Sequence record: MK250029.1
Length of the DNA stretch: 32,000 bases
Origin: Prevotella phage Lak-C1
Direction: 5' to 3' (one strand)
Below, in pieces: positions 28,922 through 32,000 of the stretch. The position numbers and the translations under genes were made by a program. Each line of letters opens with the position of its first letter. Positions within the stretch are counted from its first letter, which is position 1. The notes beneath the pieces are model-generated. The model saw only the letters and a program-made list of their open reading frames with translations. It did no database searches and had not been told where the DNA came from.

Positions 28922-29272
28922 TTAAATATAATCTTTTCGTCCTGTTCCTGTTTCAGGATTCCATTTATAATATTCTTTTGGTAAAGTACCTTTACATGTA
29001 TCAATTAATTTATAATCAGAAATATCAAATCCAAATTTTTGTATATATGTAATATCTGGTTTATTTATACCCCATAAATAATAACCTTTTGAATTTTGAA
29101 ATACATAATAAGTCCAAGTATCATCAATTTCTTCTTCGACTTTTACTTTCTTTTCTGTTTCATCAAATTCACGTAAAATTTCAATGTCATTTTCTGTAAT
29201 CTTCATTCTCTTTAATTTCTTCGGAAGATTATTTGTATAACATTTTTGTCCTTTATATAAAAATTCAATCAT
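28922..29272 (-). CDS. Hypothetical protein, 116 aa
   Basis: ORF, TAA stop. Confidence 0.55.
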   Translation of the reverse strand: MIEFLYKGQKCYTNNLPKKLKRMKITENDIEILREFDETEKKVKVEEEIDDTWTYYVFQNSKGYYLWGINKPDITYIQKFGFDISDYKLIDTCKGTLPKEYYKWNPETGTGRKDYI

Positions 29273-29424
29273 TTAATATTCATATATATTTTATGAAAAA
29301 ATGCGTTAAAAGTTTTAAATATTCTTAATTATTTTTAAATATTTTTAACTAAGTAATATAAAATATTTTTTGCATTTAACATATATTATAACATGAAATA
29401 TTAATAATGTCTAAAATATTTTTA

Positions 29425-29901
29425 TTATTTTATTTTTTTAATTAACTTTTCTGATTTATCATATAGAGATTCTGTTTCACTAATCATTTTCATATATTTA
29501 GATTTAAATTCATCTGCGGATAATTCAATTATAGTAAGATTAAGAAACTCATTTAAATTATATGATAATTGTTTATGTGCATCAAATTCAAACCATATAT
29601 CATCAAGATATGAGGAATCATTATATTTAAAAAACAATCCATTTAAATATACTCTTGTATCATGTTTATCACACGTTACAAATTGTTCATATACATGAAT
29701 ATAAACAGCATTATTATATGAACGTTCTTTTGATATACGAACATATTTACCTCTCAAATCTCGTTGGGAAATAAGTAATTCATTTTTTAATGTTTTATAT
29801 TCATATGCTTTTTCATATGTTTCATTCTCTAATTTCTGAAGATATTCTATATTTCCTGTTATATCTGGTTTATGTAGAATATTTTGTAATTGTTTATTCA
29901 T
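29425..29901 (-). CDS. Hypothetical protein, 158 aa
   Basis: ORF, TAA stop. Confidence 0.55.
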   Translation of the reverse strand: MNKQLQNILHKPDITGNIEYLQKLENETYEKAYEYKTLKNELLISQRDLRGKYVRISKERSYNNAVYIHVYEQFVTCDKHDTRVYLNGLFFKYNDSSYLDDIWFEFDAHKQLSYNLNEFLNLTIIELSADEFKSKYMKMISETESLYDKSEKLIKKIK

Positions 29902-30985
29902 ACTTAATTATTTCATATAAATTTCTATTGTTATAGTTATTAATAAAATTGTCACAATCTTTCTGTGTAATATTATTAATTGGTATAAATATATCATTTT
30001 TGCGATATATTAATTGCATTGATTCTGGTATTCCTAAACTTTTCTCTAATGCTTTCTTCTTTTTTTGTTCTTTAATATATAAGTCTAATTCTTTTTCTGT
30101 TTTGATATTTTTCATGGGAAAAGGATAACGACATAATTTTTTTTCTTCTTCTAAATAATCGTCACCATTATATATTTCAAAATTATCAGCTTTAGACCAT
30201 ATTCTGATATTTGATTTATTAAACGGTAATAGCTTATTATCAATACAATAATCAATAAATGTTTTAATATTAGCTGGATAATATAATTCAGGTAATTTAT
30301 ATCTTTTATATCTATTATCTTTATTATCATTTAAACAATATAAACGTTTAGTTTTTTGAAGTTCAACTATTGTATTTCCCTTTAATAAATCTTTATTAAT
30401 CTTTAATATAGGAATTGACATAAAAATAACTTGGTCATCTTCCCAGGCAACATTATATCCGTTTTGTTTTTCTAATTCTTCATCAGCTTCATTAGAATTC
30501 ATAACATATGAATGTTCCTTCCATAATATTCTGGATTGCCTACAATATACTTGAAATACACCAAAATCTAATTTAATAATTCTGAATGTATATGGACCAT
30601 TATTAGGTCTATTTGCTATTTCTTTATTATATTGTTTTATTACTTGTATATATTCCTTATATTTTAAAGAATTAATTGTATCTTGTATCGCAAAATATCC
30701 TATATTAACTTTGCTTAATTGTGGACAATCTTTAACGAATTTTTGTATATCGAATAAACGGTCCAAATCCCATGAATAACTATTATCTTTCCACTCAGCT
30801 TCAAAATTATTTTGTTTTAAGTTATCATATATATCTTTACGAATATCATTTTTAAATTTTGTACAATAATCTTTAATTGTATGACAACTCCAATATTTTT
30901 TAATTGTGGTAATTTGTTTTTGAGATGGATGTTTCTTTATCACCCATCTCAACCACTCATTTATATCTATAATTTTATTATCCAT
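29894..30985 (-). CDS. Hypothetical protein, 363 aa
   Basis: Long TAG-free ORF. Confidence 0.65.
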   Translation of the reverse strand: MDNKIIDINEWLRWVIKKHPSQKQITTIKKYWSCHTIKDYCTKFKNDIRKDIYDNLKQNNFEAEWKDNSYSWDLDRLFDIQKFVKDCPQLSKVNIGYFAIQDTINSLKYKEYIQVIKQYNKEIANRPNNGPYTFRIIKLDFGVFQVYCRQSRILWKEHSYVMNSNEADEELEKQNGYNVAWEDDQVIFMSIPILKINKDLLKGNTIVELQKTKRLYCLNDNKDNRYKRYKLPELYYPANIKTFIDYCIDNKLLPFNKSNIRIWSKADNFEIYNGDDYLEEEKKLCRYPFPMKNIKTEKELDLYIKEQKKKKALEKSLGIPESMQLIYRKNDIFIPINNITQKDCDNFINNYNNRNLYEIIKYE

Positions 30986-30989
30986 ATAA

Positions 30990-32000
30990 TCAATTCAAAC
31001 CTGTTACTTTTCCATCTACAAAATCAATATGCTTAGCTGCTGGTTCTTTAGGTAATCCTGGCATACGCATCATATTTCCTGCAATAACAACAAAAAATTC
31101 TGCACCATTATTAATCTTTATTTCATCTATATTAAATATTGTATTATTATTTACAGATGGAATAACCTTAGGATTATCAGAGAATGAATATTGTGTTTTT
31201 GCCATGCAAATAGGATATTCATAAATTTCATTAATAAATTCATCTTCATGATTTTCATATGTTCTATCAAATCTTGAAATAAATTTTAATGCATCTTTTG
31301 AATATCTTATATTATCTGGATTAATACCATATACATTTTTACATAGATCCGCAATTTTTTCCTTCATACTATCTAATGTATGATATGCAAAAATAGGTAA
31401 CATTGGTTTCCTATTATTGTCTACAATATCAACAACATCTTTTGCAAGATCAATAGCACCATCACTGCCATTTAAATAACTTGTATTCTTAATACATTTT
31501 ACATTTCTACATGTACAGAAATTCTCAAGAATACGCTGTTCATTATTTGTATCAGTATCAAATACATTATTTGTTACAACAATTCTTACACCAAATTTCT
31601 TAATATTTGTAATATGTTGTTCAAGATTCTTTAATCCAATTTCAAGTGATTTAATATCTTCTTTAGATAGATCTGTACATCCACCTTGATTTTTCAATCC
31701 TGGAATTGTCGCAACTAATACTACAACATCTGGACATAAACCATTCTTTCTACATTTAATATCTATAAATTTCTCTGCACCAAGATCTGAACCAAATCCT
31801 GCTTCAGTAACCACATAATCACATAATGATAAACCCATACGTGTCGCAATAACAGAATTACAACCATGAGCAATATTAGCAAATGGTCCACCATGAACAA
31901 TAACAGGATTATTATCCAAACTTTGAACAAGATTTGGTTTAATTGCATCTGATAGTAAAGCAACAATAGAACCTGTTATACCTAATTCACTACAGAACAT
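30990..32000 (-). CDS. fhs: Formate-tetrahydrofolate ligase (C-terminal two thirds; continues beyond window)
   Basis: ITGSIVALLSDAIKPNLVQ, NPVIVHGGPFANIAHGCNSVIATR, DYVVTEAGFGSDLGAEKFIDIKCR, GG(C)TDLSKED, natural C-terminus MRMPGLPKEPAAKHIDFVDGKVTGLN then TGA. Confidence 0.97.
   Translation of the reverse strand: MFCSELGITGSIVALLSDAIKPNLVQSLDNNPVIVHGGPFANIAHGCNSVIATRMGLSLCDYVVTEAGFGSDLGAEKFIDIKCRKNGLCPDVVVLVATIPGLKNQGGCTDLSKEDIKSLEIGLKNLEQHITNIKKFGVRIVVTNNVFDTDTNNEQRILENFCTCRNVKCIKNTSYLNGSDGAIDLAKDVVDIVDNNRKPMLPIFAYHTLDSMKEKIADLCKNVYGINPDNIRYSKDALKFISRFDRTYENHEDEFINEIYEYPICMAKTQYSFSDNPKVIPSVNNNTIFNIDEIKINNGAEFFVVIAGNMMRMPGLPKEPAAKHIDFVDGKVTGLN

Noticed and set aside
28030-32000. General recoding of TGA as tryptophan
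   Set aside because: Only one convincing in-frame TGA was seen, and fhs ends in TGA right at the expected C-terminus (..GKVTGLN), so TGA is most likely still a stop.
1-32000. CRISPR array, retron or diversity-generating retroelement
   Set aside because: No regularly spaced identical repeats beyond the 63-bp tandem duplication, no reverse transcriptase motif (YxDD in an RT context), and no variable-repeat pair seen.

Overview
AT-rich window from what looks like a large tailed phage. The basis is a T4 gp20-like portal, a T4-like family B DNA polymerase, Pnk, NadV, lysozyme and a ClpP-like protease; an SPII lipoprotein hints at a Bacteroidota-type host (inference). The six-frame track breaks many genes because in-frame TAG is read through. 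In a C1/papain-type peptidase one TAG falls exactly on the conserved oxyanion-hole Gln (PVRD[TAG]GNTQTC), so UAG = Gln is supported inside the window. The window encodes two tRNAs with a CUA anticodon, and a heavily TAG-containing GIY-YIG endonuclease gene lies between them. Reading through TAG recovers genes absent or fragmented in the ORF track: a double-motif LAGLIDADG endonuclease with a Myb/SANT-like N-terminus, the GIY-YIG gene, a full sigma factor, the full portal, a full GH24-like lysozyme, and a zinc-finger homing endonuclease abutting a truncated DNA polymerase. The strongest novelty candidates are: (1) an apparent circularly permuted tRNA gene (T-half upstream of D-half, with 7/7 acceptor pairs and 5/5 anticodon-stem pairs); (2) a translation-related set comprising tmRNA, IF-1, formate-THF ligase and CUA tRNAs; (3) a DNA polymerase ending after motif A next to a homing endonuclease; (4) a tandem family of small MIKFKxK proteins. 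All coordinates and translations were derived by hand. No database search was run.
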